Source: Carcharhinus longimanus | Lineage: Eukaryota | Direction: 5' to 3' | Assembly (NCBI GenBank): GCA_030264375.1 | Contig: JASCQW010000137.1 | Coordinates: 45,861,085 to 45,925,084, forward strand | Length of the DNA: 64,000 nucleotides | Position numbers and translations under genes: made by a program | The notes under the pieces: model-generated | Told to the model about the DNA's origin: nothing | What the model saw: the letters and a program-made list of their open reading frames with translations, nothing else | Database searches by the model: none | Part shown: positions 37,391 to 50,133 of the stretch, piece after piece | Layout of the letters: every line of letters starts with the position of its first letter | Numbering within the stretch: the stretch's first letter is position 1

Positions 37391-38721
37391 ATCTCTCCTC
37401 ATGCAGTATAAGTTCTTGTTCCAGCCGTTACGATTGAAAAAATTTTTGTGAGCTGTCCTGATAATGCAACACAAAAAACTTTGACAGCATGTTTCTTTTT
37501 TTCAAGCAATACTCAAGTATTGCTTGAAAAAAAAGAAATACTAAACAACTATAAGGACAAGCTTACAGAGAATGATGAATGTTTGCCTGCCTACACTCCT
37601 ATTCAAGTTTCAGAGCACAGAGGTTATACCAGCTGCCCAAGTGGTGAATTAAGATATAAAGCCCTCTAAGACCAATATTTCATTATAATATAAACCAATC
37701 CAGGTACAACTACTTCAAACTTGTGTTCAAAACAAAAGCTGTCTTCCAACAATCCTGGTCAAGTGGGGCTAAAAACACAAAAGGAACTGCCAGTGAGTAC
37801 TGTGGACTGAGAGAGAATAGATCCAGACTCTGATTTGCATTAGAAATCAAACAGTATTAGCAGCTACTTGACAGCAATTGTACATCAGGCGTGTCCACTT
37901 CTTCCTGTCTGATTATCACAGTCCTGTTCTGATGTTTGCTTTTGAGCCTTGACAGGAATTCAAATTGAATCATGAAAGTTGTCCATCGCAGCACTGATAG
38001 CAATATGTCCATGATACTCAACATGCCCACATCGCAGTGCCACTTGAGGAAATGGATCTGTGTGTGGGAGTGAGAGACACAGAGCAGGAGAGAGATTAAG
38101 AGAGAGAGAATTTGAGAAAGGAAACAATGATCTAGCATGAAAGAGAAATTGCTTTGGGGTGGTCGGGGCTGGGGGGGTGTGGTGGTGAGAGTGGAGATAG
38201 AAAAGAATGGAATTATTAAAAATATATAATGAAAGTGGTAGATCTCAGGTCAAAAAGTGTTAATTGAGAATCTACACAAACCTTAGGCATTCGCTGGGGT
38301 GGGTGTATGGAGAGAGTGACAGACTGAAAATCCAAGCAGTCATTTAGCCAGGGAACAATCGGGAAGAGTTACAACTTTGTGCAGGAATCAGCAGCTGCCA
38401 TTGGAAAGGTATGGGGCCTGACGGATCTGTGATGTGTATACTGAGTGTCACGCTGTCAGCCCCCATATATCATCACTTCATCCTGAGGAAAAGAGGCAAC
38501 TCATTAAAATCATTGTACATCTCAATCTCAGCACAGGTACATGGACGCAGCGGTCCAGAAACACAATAGACTGTGTCAGCTGCAGAGTAATGACTGAAAG
38601 ATAGAAAGGGACAGATTTATCTGTCCCCTTGTGAAATAGGGTTTCATTTTGTCAAATAGTCATTCAAAATTACTGCCCTTTGGCATGCTTGCCCATGATT
38701 CCCCACCTTAGCTATAAAAGG

Positions 38722-39265
38722 GAGGCTTGCATTTATTAGATTGCATCCTTCACAAAGCCAGGCCATTCCACAGTGCTTTACAACCAATGAAGCACTTTTT
38801 GTGTTCAATATTGTAAATTTAGGCAGCGTGGCAAACAATTTGTGCATAGCAAGCTCCCACAAACAGCTGTATGATAATGACCAAACAATGGATAGAACTC
38901 TATGGGTCCGCTGTGGCGGGACAGGACTGGAAAATATGATGATCTGTTAAGTGGTCTATTGACTTTGATGGGATTGGAAAATAACGTCAATAGGAGGGGC
39001 CATAAAATCCTGCCCATCTCTGATGGGTGAGTGATAAATGTTGGCCCTTTCACTGAGGAGAATTCCCTGACTCTTCTCATAAATAATGCCATGGGATCTT
39101 TCATGCCCCCTTCCCCAACACAGGCCCTTGGTGGCAGACTGGGCCTCAGTTTAATGTCACAGTGATACTCTGCAGTGTCAATCTGGATTTTGTGCTCCTG
39201 TCTCTGGAGTAGGTCTTGGGTGATCAATCTTCTGTCTGTGAGGTGAGAGTGGTGTCACTGAACCA
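38722..39265 (-). mobile_element. Deu-type SINE with inserted MITE (about 38893-39016)
   Basis: GCAAGCTCCCACAAACAGC..AATGCCATGGGATCTTT. The insert ends ATAAAATCCTGCCCA. Confidence 0.65.
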
Positions 39266-39488
39266 TGGCTGATACCACATCTGTCAATCCACTGAGCAGT
39301 CAAAGTGCCTTGCCTTTCACATGTGAAGTCCAGCTTCACAAATGTCTAATACATGTAAGCTTGGATACTGGAAATCTAAAATACAAAGAGAATATGTTGG
39401 AAATATTCGGCAGCCTTGGCAGCAAGTGGGGAAAGAGCAACAGAATAAATGGGTCAGGTCAGATGCTTTTTGACTTGTTGAGTATTTC

Positions 39489-40397
39489 ATAAGAACATAA
39501 AAACTAGGAGGAGTAGTAGGCCATCTGGCCTCTTGAGCCTGGTCCGCCATTGAATAAGATCATGGCTGATCTTTTTGTGGACTCAGCTCCTCTTACTTGC
39601 CCGCTCACCATAACCCTTAATTCCTTTACTGTTCAAAAATGTATTTATCCTTGCCTTAAAAACAGTCAATGAGGTAGCCTCAACTGCTACACGAAGCAGG
39701 AAATTCCATAGATTCACAACCCTTTGTGTGAAGAAGTTCCTCCTCAACTCAGCCCTAAATCTGCTTCCCCTTATTTTGAAGCTATACCCCCTAGTTCTAG
39801 TTTCACTCACTAGTGGAAACAACTTCTCTGCTTCTATCTTATGTATTCCCTTCATAATCTTATATGTTTCCATAAGATCTCCCCTCATTCTTCTAAATTC
39901 CAATGAGTATAGCCACAGTCTACTCAATCTCTCCTCATAAGCCAACCCTCTCAACTCTAGAATCAACCTAATGAATCTCCTCTGCATCCCCTCCAGTGCC
40001 AGTATATCCTTTCTCAAGTAAGGAGACCAAAACTGTACACAGTATTCCAGGTGTTGCCTCACCAATACCTTATACAGATGCAACATAACCTCACTGTTTC
40101 TAAACTCCAACCCTCTAGCAATGAAGGACAACATTTCATTTGCCTTCTTAATTACCTGCTACACCTGCAAACCAATTCTTTGAGTTTCCTGCACAAGGAT
40201 ACCTGGACAGCATGCTGCAATTTTTTACTATTTAAATAATAGTCCATTTTGCTGTTATTCGTACCAAAATGGATGACCTCATATTTACCAACATTGTACT
40301 CCATCTGCCAGACCCTCGCCCACTCACTTAGACTATCTGTATCCCTTTGCAGACTTTCAGCGTCCTCTGCACACTTTTCAGCATCCTCTGCACACTG
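39489..40397 (-). mobile_element. CR1 LINE 3' fragment, relatively young
   Basis: The ORF at 39583-40134 (LVRQHLEYCVQFWSPYLRKD..RNFFTQRVVNLWN) is uninterrupted for 183 aa. Tail CATAAGAACATAA; a short tandem duplication at the 5' truncation point (about 40352-40397). Confidence 0.95.
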
Positions 40398-40579
40398 TCG
40401 GTGTCTTGAGTCAGAACTTCAGAGGAAACCCCAGCGAAATGTCACCAATTGCTCCATTATTTCAGTAGTTCTGCTAATCTTTCACCACAGATACCAATCC
40501 CAGGCACGTCGTATTTTTCACAGCGAGATTCCCTCACAAAATCATGGAGCTGCTTCTTTTAATCATGTTTTATTTTTAT

Positions 40580-40910
40580 TCTTCATTCATGGGACATGGG
40601 TGTCGTTGGCTGACCAGCATTTATTGCCCATCCCGAGTTGCCTGAGGGCAATTGAGAGTCAACCTACATGTGACACCAGAGACTCAGCTTTGGAGTCACA
40701 TGTACACTAGACCAGGTAAGGATGGCAGATTTCCTTCCCTAAAGAACATTAGTGAACCAAATGTTTTTTTCCTGACAATCAACAATGCAGAAGACTCTTA
40801 ATTCTAGATATATTTTACTAAATTCAAATTCCACCACCTGCTGTGGTGGGATTTGAACCCAGATCCCCAGAATGAGTGCCTAGCAATAATAGCACTCAGC
40901 CATCACCTCC
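40580..40910 (-). mobile_element. Family C SINE
   Basis: GGAGTCACATGT..GACCAGGTAAGGATGGCAGATTTCCTTCCCTAAAG..GGGATTTGAACCC. Confidence 0.8.
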
Positions 40911-42628
40911 TGTGTATGGAGGCTCCAGTTCAGAGTACCTAATTGATTCTTTTTTTTTGTCTTGCTTTTTAAAAATATCATAGCCTACGTTTGTGTATTT
41001 TCTCACAAAATATGCAAGTATTAAACTTCGGGGATGTATATTTTTGCATTTTTGTTTTCTGAATGGCAAACCATTTAATTAAATATAATTGAAATCATTC
41101 CACTTAATCGAAATGTTATCTATTCATACCTGACTGAATTTTCAGTCTTAAATAACAGATACACATGTTTTTGTGTGCCTGGACTTTCCACAGGGTATCT
41201 GTGGTAGAAGATTGGCAAAGCCACTGAAAAAAGTAGGGCAAAAGGTGGAAAAGAGCAATCCCTATCCATCCCACACAAGCACTGTAATAGTAAGTCTTTA
41301 CAAATGCCACTTAAGAAAGACTAATTATTCTATAAATCACGTATGCGTAAACTTGTGTCCACTTTGCCGGATCTTGCTAATGTCATGACATCAGTCTGTA
41401 TCACGGACATTTGACCTGCTGTTGATTTTATCCATTATCAGCATAGCTGTGTATGATAGAGAGAACCCTACAGGTTTTCATCCAAATTCTTGTTTCTTAA
41501 CACATCATCTCTCCTGAACAATATCTTTCAGTAAGCTGGTTCCTAGTGATAAGCCAGTGGCATTTTTTTCACAGCCACTGCCTAATCAGGAATTATCATA
41601 AGAAAGTGCAGGCATCCATCAACCTTTTACCACACTGATTTATGTTCAAAGTTAGGATTATTTATTCAGCTGAAAATCCCTTCAAACAACAAACTGGATA
41701 AAAGAGCATCGCTCTCTGGATTAGATTGCTCACATAATAAATTGAGAAAATAGGTTCCGGCAACTAAATGACAGGCCGTGTTTATCTTTGAACTGCTTCA
41801 GCTGTTTAATTTTGTTAGTGACTGTTCTTTTATCCCTCCTGACTGGGAGCACATGGAAACTCTTTGACTGACTTAAATGACATACCAGGACAACACAACA
41901 TGGCTGCAAGGGTTTTGGCTGTCCTACATAAACCCTAAGGTTTTAACTTTGAGCTGAATGCTGAGAGATAAAATTGTGTATTTAAGCCGGCTAAAGAACT
42001 GGAAACTGATTAGCATTGCGAACAGTAAATTCACACATGGAATACTGGCTCGTGTTTCTGACAGCAATAATAGCGAAACTGTCAGCATTCACTGAAACTT
42101 TTATATCTGAAACGGGAAACAGCTTCTAGAAATCCACCCATGTACATTTAAACACATAAGCCTAAAGGTTGCTGTCAACAATTCTCCATGCTTTTCCATT
42201 ATGTGTGCTGTTGAAGTTCCCCTTGTTCTCCAGTCTGAACTTACTTAGAAATCACTGACTTGACTAGAATGGGCTGAATGGCCTCCTTCTGTGGGAGTCA
42301 ATGGTTCTATGGGCGGGATTGGGGGGGACAGATATGTGCATTTCACAGAGACAGCTGCCTATATAAATCAGCAACTGCCGTCACTCATTTCTAAGTTTGG
42401 TGACCCAGGTGTGTGCAACATGATATGCACAAGCTAGACCTGGTAGGAGCAGGTTGTGGAGTCCTTTGCAAAGGTAGGATATCCCTTTGAGGGGGTAAGG
42501 TATCCCTTTTTAATGGTCCTGGGTCACCCTAGTTAAGTGCCCCTTGTGAGAGAAAAAGGGCCCTTGGGATTGTTAAAAGTAGGCATAAATGTGCATATAA
42601 AGTGCATAATTCAATTAACTGTTAAGCT

Positions 42629-42775
42629 CAGAAAATGCTGGAAAATCTCAGCAGGTCTGACAAAGGGTCATCTAGAAACATAGGCTCTGTTCTCTCCCCA
42701 CAGATGCTGTCAGACCTGCTGAGATTTTCCAGCATTTTATGTTTTTGTTTCATACTCCAGCATCCACAGTATTTA
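42629..42775. mobile_element. Palindromic mini-element family B
   Basis: Perfect inverted arms AAAATGCTGGAAAATCTCAGCAGGTCTGACA and TGTCAGACCTGCTGAGATTTTCCAGCATTTT, with internal CTGACAAAGGGTCATCTAGAAAC. Confidence 0.8.
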
Positions 42776-43368
42776 TATGTTAAATACTCATTGTCAAGCT
42801 CGTTGGAACTGTTAAAAATGTCAGAATGCATAGTCAAAAGTAACTGTCAAAAGTGTCAAAATGAACTGCCAAAGATAACTGTCCGAAACGACCATCAAAA
42901 ATTCCCAATGAACTGTCAAAGGCTGAGTGCCAAACTCCCCTTCCTCACTGGCGATGGTGGCAGGTTGTGAATGTCCAGAGAATTCTGGCTGGTGTGTTTT
43001 ATATGTTCCACTTCATGGGGCAAGAGCACAAAATCTATGCTGACACTTAAGTGCAGCATGAGGGAAATCCCACACTGTTGGAGGAGTTGTCTCAGTTAAG
43101 AAACTAAATAGAAGTCCTGTGTGCCCTCTCAGGTGAATGTTAAAAATTCCATGTATTATTTCTTAGAAGCATAGAAGAGTTCTCTATGTCCTCGTCAATA
43201 TTTCTTCCCAAATTAACCTATCTGGGTTTTTGTTGTGCCCAAGTTAGCTGCATTACATTACAGCAGGAACTTCATTTTTGAATTGCTTTGGGATCTCTAG
43301 AGCTCTAAATAAATGTCAATTCTTACCCTTATTACTTACTGTTGCCTACTATGCATGACGTTGCGATT

Positions 43369-43875
43369 TCATAGAATCATATAGTGCAGAAGGAGGCCAT
43401 TTGGCCCATTGAATCTGCACCAAGCATAGTCCCACCCAGGCCCTATCCACATAACCCCATGTATTTACCCCGCTATTCCGCTGAGACTAAGGGGCAATTT
43501 AGCATGACCAATTCACCTAACCCACACATCTTTGGGAGCGCCCAGAAGAAACCCATGCAGACACAGAAGAATGTGCAGATGCAGTGACCTGAGGCTGAAA
43601 TTGAACCCGGGTCCCTGGCGCTGTGAGGCAGCAGTGCTAACCACTGAGTGCGGTTCTGATGGTAATTTTGAAAATGAGCATGAAAATGCGTGAGTTTCCT
43701 CCAGGTGCTCCGGTTTCCTCCCACAGTCCAAAGATGTGCAGGTTAGGTGGATTAGTCATGGGGAATGTGTGGTGTTATAGGGCGGGGAAGAGGACCTGGG
43801 TGGGATGCTCTGTTGGAGAGTCAGTGCAGACTTGCTAGGCCAAAAGGCTTCTTCTGCACTGTAGGGATTCTATGG
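43369..43875. mobile_element. Two HE1 SINEs in inverted orientation (minus 43369-43647; 5'-truncated plus about 43690-43875)
   Basis: The tails CATAGAATC.. and ..GTAGGGATTCTATG point outwards, with a spacer of about 40 bp. Confidence 0.85.
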
Positions 43876-44618
43876 AAATTAGAAGAGCCAGATCAAAACT
43901 CTATTAGCTTGGATTTTCCAATCAACATTATTATTATTGGTATTATTTTAATATCAACTGCATTGGATTACTAAAAGCATTAACATGGTGCCAGTTTGAA
44001 AATCAAACTCATTCAGAAAACATGATTCCTCCCTTAATCCCAATGTGAGTTAGGATGTTATATACATTTCAGCTTGCTGTTTATGACGTATGTTAGATAC
44101 AGATAATTGAGCCCATGTGGCTCTCTGTGTAGACAAAAGCCTTGGTACCTCCAATTATCTGTTGCTGTTTATATATCCTGTACTTAGAAGAGCTTCCCAA
44201 GCTTTGATCTTTCTTTTCCTGAAGAACTACTTTCTGACATCTGTCCTTATTCTTTCCCACATTTATCATAGGGGAATATTCCAAAGTGTTTCATGGAGGG
44301 GTATCAGAAATTGGATGTCTGGTCAAAGAAGGAGATGTTAGAAGGGATGCCCACAAGCTTGGTCAAAACACTGCCTTTAAAAGTGACACTTAAACATTCT
44401 TACAAGGAGGGGAGGTAAATGGAAAGATGCTAAAGTTGGAATCTAGTGTGGCTGAGAAAGTTCAAGAAGTTAACATCAGAGTGTTGAATGGCCAGGGATG
44501 AGTCCAGGTTGTCCTGGACATGGTTACAGAGGTAATGGAGGGAGTTAAACAAATGGTTGCGAACTGTTAATTTGAATTTTTGTATGACCGAGTCAAGGAG
44601 TGAGTGAGTGAGAGATAA

Positions 44619-44945
44619 TGGTGATATAGTGGCACAGTGGTTAGCATTGCTGCCTCGCAACGCCAGGGACGTGAGTTCAATTCTGGCCTTGGGTGATTGT
44701 CTGTGTGGAGTTTGCACGAATTCCTTGTGTTTTCTCCAGGCGCTCCCATTTCCTCCCACAGTCCAATGATATGCGGTTTAGGTTGATTGGTCATGTTAAA
44801 CTCTCCCACTGAGATGTGTAGATTAGGGGGATTGATGAGGTAACCACGTGGACATAGGGCCTAGATAACGTGGTTTATTGGAGATTCAACGCAGATTTGA
44901 TGGGCTAAATGGCTTCTTTCTGTACTGTAGGGATTCTATGCTTCT
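44619..44945 (+). mobile_element. HE1-type SINE, full length
   Basis: GTGGCACAGTGGTTAGCATTGCTGCCTCGC...CTGTAGGGATTCTATG. Confidence 0.9.
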
Positions 44946-46055
44946 AAGATAAGCCTAATGTATGAGCCCAAGTTGGTGCAGCACAGGACATGGGCATCAA
45001 AGCTTTGAATGAGTTGAAGTTCAGCAGTTTAACCTATACTTCTTTGTCCTATGTCCTACTCTGAAATGAAATAGTTCTTCAAATTTAGGAAATTTAAAAT
45101 CTTGTCTGTTTCTAAAAAGTTCCTCTTCTGTCAGTTCCTTGCATGACTGAAGAACTTCATTGCCTCCAGTCTTTTTTCATGATGGTACTATGAGGTTTAG
45201 CATGGGGTAGCAATGGTGCCATCAAGCTGGTCTTTTAAAGGCTGAAGCTAATCAGAGAATACTGAGGGAGGAAAGATGTTCCATAGCTTTCAGTCATGGC
45301 AAAGATGAAGATGGAGCATCAATCTAGAAAAAGAGTGAAAAATCCAGCTGGACAGAGTATTTATAGTATCAGTAAAACAGAAAGATATGAGAACTGATTC
45401 ATCAGAATACCATAACTGTCTGCTGCCCATCTCGCAGATCAGAGACAAAATTTGTCCATCCATTGATTTGATAATCAATTCAAAGAATCTTCCTCCACAA
45501 AAGTGAAGACTTTGACTCAATACCATTTTCAGCTTAGTTTATTTATTAGTGTCTCAAGTAGACTTATATTAACACTGCAATGAAGTTACTGTGAAAATCC
45601 TTTATTTTCTCTTCATAAAAATTAGTATTCAAATTTCATGCTAAATGGTTGGAAAAATGCATGTTTTCTTTTGCTAGTCAGTAAGTCAGTCAATGGCATA
45701 AATCAGGAACCATAGTTGAATATCTCAACGCAGAATTTTCATGCGGTGATTCTGGCTTTGACTCTCGTTCATTTATCTGCTGCAACAGAAAATATGACAG
45801 ATGTAGAAGGTCCAATTTAAGCTTGCTTTATTGATGCTGTCAATTATGAGTCACCATGGGATTTGTATAGCAATTTTACTAAATCACAGATTATCAAATG
45901 GGATGTTAACGTATATTTGCTCTAAAGGGAAAACCAGTTTGCTGTAAACTTGTGAACAAGCAAGCTGTTTAAAGCAGTAAAATTTAAGTTCAACTTTGGG
46001 TTGGACAATATTCAGTATGCCTAAGTCACAATCTAGTGAATAAAAACAAACATGT

Positions 46056-46342
46056 AAAGTTTATTTATTAGTCACAAGTAAGCTTACATTAATACTGTGA
46101 TTAAATTACTGTGAAAATTCCCTAGTCACCCACTCTGGCTTCTGTTTAAGCAGACTGAGGGAGAATTTAGTATGATCAATGCACCTAACCAGCCTTTCGA
46201 ATTGTGGGAGGAAACTGAAACATCCGAGAAGACACAGGGAGAATGTGCAAACTCCACACAGACAGTCACCCACCTGGGAATCGAACCCGAGTCCCTGGCA
46301 CTGTGAGGCAGCATGCTAGCTACTATGCCGCCACATCGCCCA
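46056..46342 (-). mobile_element. HE1-like SINE with alternative tail (tail-only copy at 45535-45602)
   Basis: The AAAGTTTATTTATTAGTCACAAGTAAGC tail is joined to an HE1 body and head. Confidence 0.8.
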
Positions 46343-47217
46343 ATAGGGAAACACCTATTACCTTGTGGCATTGTTTAGTGACCCTAAAATATCTTACAAA
46401 CTGCAGCACTCAAATGATGAATCTGTAGTCATAGACACCAGTTTAGTTGAAAGATCCTGAGTTTCAATGCTTGAAGGAAGCCCAGGTTAGAGAATTAATA
46501 TAATAATAAGGCTTTAGCTCAAACACCCACTGCCTATGCCTCTTTTCAAATGTGGCTGCCAAATGGGAACCTGGAATCTAGTAATTCATCCTTCTCAGCA
46601 CCTGAAATCAAAATAATTTATTATTGTTGTTGAATCTTTTTCCAAGTTTTTGTGTAGGTTAAAAATCCCAAAACGCCATTGATGAACTTGACATGTTCAG
46701 CTTGATTTCTCTATGAGAACATTACTCACCATAATCTGATCTTGGCATTGAGATTGTGACTTGGTTTGTCAATCTATACCAGTCTGATCAGTGAGTCTAT
46801 CACATTCTTCATCCATTTTCTGTACTGTCAGACTCAGAACTGTCTAACAAAAATAAACCTTCTTTCAAATCTTCATTGACAAGCACAAAAAACATATGTG
46901 TGGAAGATTTCTTGGCAAATAACCAAGTTTGCCAGGTGTGGTGAGTGGACAGTGTGATTCAGAGCACTAAAGGGGAAGAAAAGCTGCAAGCTGTGAACTT
47001 ATCAGTAGCAAGAAGAACATTTAGTCTTGTCGCACCAGGAGAGCAGTGCCCAACAAAGTGAGATGAGAAACACAGGAGTTCAGGTGAGAATGTCCTGTGA
47101 GCTCCATGTCATACTTTAGTCAATAACGTATGAAGATAGATTTTCATTAATAAAGTGTGTTTCATGATCAAAGTGTATCCCAAAGCATTTTAAAACAATG
47201 AAGTTATTTTGAGGTAT

Positions 47218-47488
47218 TGTACAAAGAACTGTACAGCACAGGAACAGGCCCTTCAGCCCACCAAGCCTGCCAACACATGATGCCTTTCTAAAGACCTTTT
47301 GCCTCTACGCAATCCTTAACCTTCTGTTCACTGCCTATTCATGTATCTGTCAATATGCCTCATAAACGTTGCTATTCTATCTGCTTCTACCACGATCACT
47401 GGCAGCGGTTTCCAGGCACTTACCATTATCTGTGTGATGCCTCTTGTAACTCCTTTAAACTTTCCCCCTTAAACCTATGTCCCCTAAA
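47218..47488 (-). mobile_element. CR1-type 3' tail fragment
   Basis: ACAAAGAACTGTACAGCACAGGAACAGGCCCTTCAGCCCAC..GGCAGCGGTTTCCAGGCAC. Confidence 0.7.
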
Positions 47489-47907
47489 ATGTTATGTCGG
47501 CTTCAATTGGAATGGTGCTTCAGGGTTTATGTGATTGGCAGATATTTACTGACAACTAAATAGAAAAGTTATGAAACAGAAAGCACAAATGTGGAAGCTA
47601 TAATCACTTATTTTCTTGACTGGGCTCACTAGATGGCAAAAGGAGATATCACATCTCTTCTTTTGATTTTTCATGGTGTGTGGGGCAGATGCATTAAATG
47701 TTCAGTTCAGCACGGCAAAGAAGAGATACGCAAGGTTAAAATAAAAACACTCCATTATTTCCTGGAAAATAATTTAAATGAATAGGGAAAAGCACAAACT
47801 AATATTTTACCAACTTTTTACAGTGAGTTTTGAAAATTGTGACATTTCCAAGTTCTGTAGACATTGAAGAATAAATATAATTAAATCATTCTTGAAGAAA
47901 ATGTTAC

Positions 47908-48648
47908 AGGCTGTATCTAACAGCCACACCCCCACTCACCCCCAGCTGAGCATGTTTACAGAGGGGGCAGGGGAAGCAGATAAAATATGTTGGGGATCCA
48001 GCCCACTTCCTGCCCAACCTAACCTGCCCCCCATAATGGGGGGGGGGGGGCGGGGGGGCGAGGAGGGTAAGCTAACTGCTAAATCACCCACCGTTAGGCC
48101 TATTGAAGTCCTCAACTGCCCAACTCATTGGTAATTAAGGGTCTCAATCCTTCTCCATTGTCATAAAATGATAGGCAGTGGCAGGTGAACAAGCGTGGAA
48201 AAGACATTTTTGCAAACTAAGTGGGAAGGATGGGGTGACAACAATTTAAGTTTTCCCTCCTTCCACTCCTTGCCACCTGCCCTCCAAAACTTGGCCCCAA
48301 AATCGCCTTTCCCCTCCTCTCTACAGTGTCCGATTCCTTCCCACTCTAAAAGCCTGGAAATTGCCCGAGTTTGGTCACTGTGATTTTTTTTTCCCTGGGG
48401 CCTCCTTGTAGTCCCAGCAGTCCACACTGTTGAGTTCTAGCATTGCCGGGACCACTAGAGGTGCCAGCCAATCAGATTGACCAGCCTCTCGAGAATGAAA
48501 CTTCCTGTCCACTGAGGAGGGTGCAGAAGTCCAATCCTCAGCCTCTCTAGCCCAGCCCTAGATATGTAATCACTGCGGGGCCAGCGTTTGAGAAGTCAGT
48601 GTCCTTCCAAGAGAGTGAAGAGTCCACCTGCCAGTAAAATCCAGCCCA
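47908..48648. mobile_element. About 740 bp non-autonomous Harbinger-like element
   Basis: Ends GGCTGTATCTAAC and GTAAAATCCAGCCC. The internal GCCAGCCAATCAG motif is shared with 23060-23870. Confidence 0.5.
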
Positions 48649-49161
48649 ATTGGGTCACGTCTTTTATCTTTGAATATCGTTGGATACTTTCCTCTTTACC
48701 CACCATCCCTCAGATATGTGTCACCTATAATGTCATCAAGCCCATACCATATGAATGTTGACATAGGTGTTTGGAAAGTCTTGTTTGTGCAACATTAGAG
48801 GCTTTGGGAGGTGTTGCATTGATGAAATATTGGTCATCTCTCATTCAACATGAAAACATCCACTAGTGAATAATTTTCCCTGAGGCCTTTTTTGGTTAGA
48901 AGAAGCTAATTGCGAGTTATATCTGAGAAGCCCACCTGGTCCCTGAAATAGTAAATAAAACTGGTGATATCATGCTGAATATGAACCATCTAAATATCAT
49001 GGCAGGGATTGAAGTTGACTTGATGTGGACTGATACAGTATCCCTTTAATGTGCATTCTCANNNNNNNNNNNNNNNNNNNNNNNNNNNNNNNNNNNNNNN
49101 NNNNNNNNNNNNNNNNNNNNNNNNNNNNNNNNNNNNNNNNNNNNNNNNNNNNNNNNNNNNN

Positions 49162-49878
49162 CTGCAGACTTTCAGTGTCCTTTGCACACTTTGCTCTGCC
49201 ACCCATCTTAGTGTCATCTGCAAATTTTAATGCACTACACTTGATCCCCAGCTCCAAATCATCTGTATAAAACAAAAACAATTGGGTTCCCAACACTGAG
49301 GCACACCACTAGTCACTGATTTCCAACCAGAAAAACACCCATTTACCCCAACTCTTTGCTTTCTGTTAGTTAACCAATCCTCTATCCATGCTAATACGTT
49401 ACCCATAACACTGTGCACCTTTATCTTACGTAGCAGTCTTCGGTGTGGCACCTTGTCAAATGCCTTCTGAAATCCAGATACACTATATCTACAGGTTCCC
49501 CATTGTCCACTGCATGTGTAATGTTCTCAAAGAATTCCACCAAATTAGTCAAACATGACCTGCCGTTCATGAACCCATGCTGTATCTTCCCAACAGGACA
49601 ATTTATACCCAGATGTCTCACTATTTCTTCCTTGATAATAGATTCAAGCATTTTCTCTCCTACAGAAGTTAAGCTAACCGGCCTATAGTTACTTCCCTTT
49701 TGTCTACCTCCATTTTTAAACAGTGGTGTCACAGTTGCTATTTTCCAATCTGCGGGAACCACCCCAGAGTCCAGCGAATTTTGGTAAATTACCACTAGCG
49801 CATTTGCTATTTCTCCCGCTATCTCTTTTAGTACCTTGGGATTCATTCCATCAGGATCAGGAGACTTGCTTACCTTTC
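49162..49878 (-). mobile_element. CR1 LINE RT fragment
   Basis: PADWKIATVTPLFKNGGRQKGSNYRPVSLTSV..QHGFMNGRSCLTNL, TSGVPQ and LKFADDTK. Confidence 0.95.
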
Positions 49879-50133
49879 ACAGAATCCTACAGTGCAGAAA
49901 GAGGCCCTTCGGCCCATCGAGTCTGCACAGAACACAATCCCACCCAGGTCCTACCCCCATACCCCTACATATTATACCCACTAATCCCTCTAACCTACGT
50001 ATCCCTGGATGCTAAGGGGCAATTTCTTAGCATGGCCAATCAACCTAACCCACACGTCTTTCGACTGTGGGAGGAAACCGGAGCACCCAGAGGAAACCCA
50101 CGCAGACACGAGGAGAATGTGCAAACTCCACAC
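49879..50133 (-). mobile_element. HE1-type SINE truncated by an assembly gap
   Basis: CAGAATCCTACAGTGCAGAAAGAGGCCC...GTGCAAACTCCACAC, then Ns. Confidence 0.85.

Noticed and set aside
39583-40134. 183 aa uninterrupted ORF
   Set aside because: It is the C-terminus of a 5'-truncated CR1 ORF2, not a host gene.
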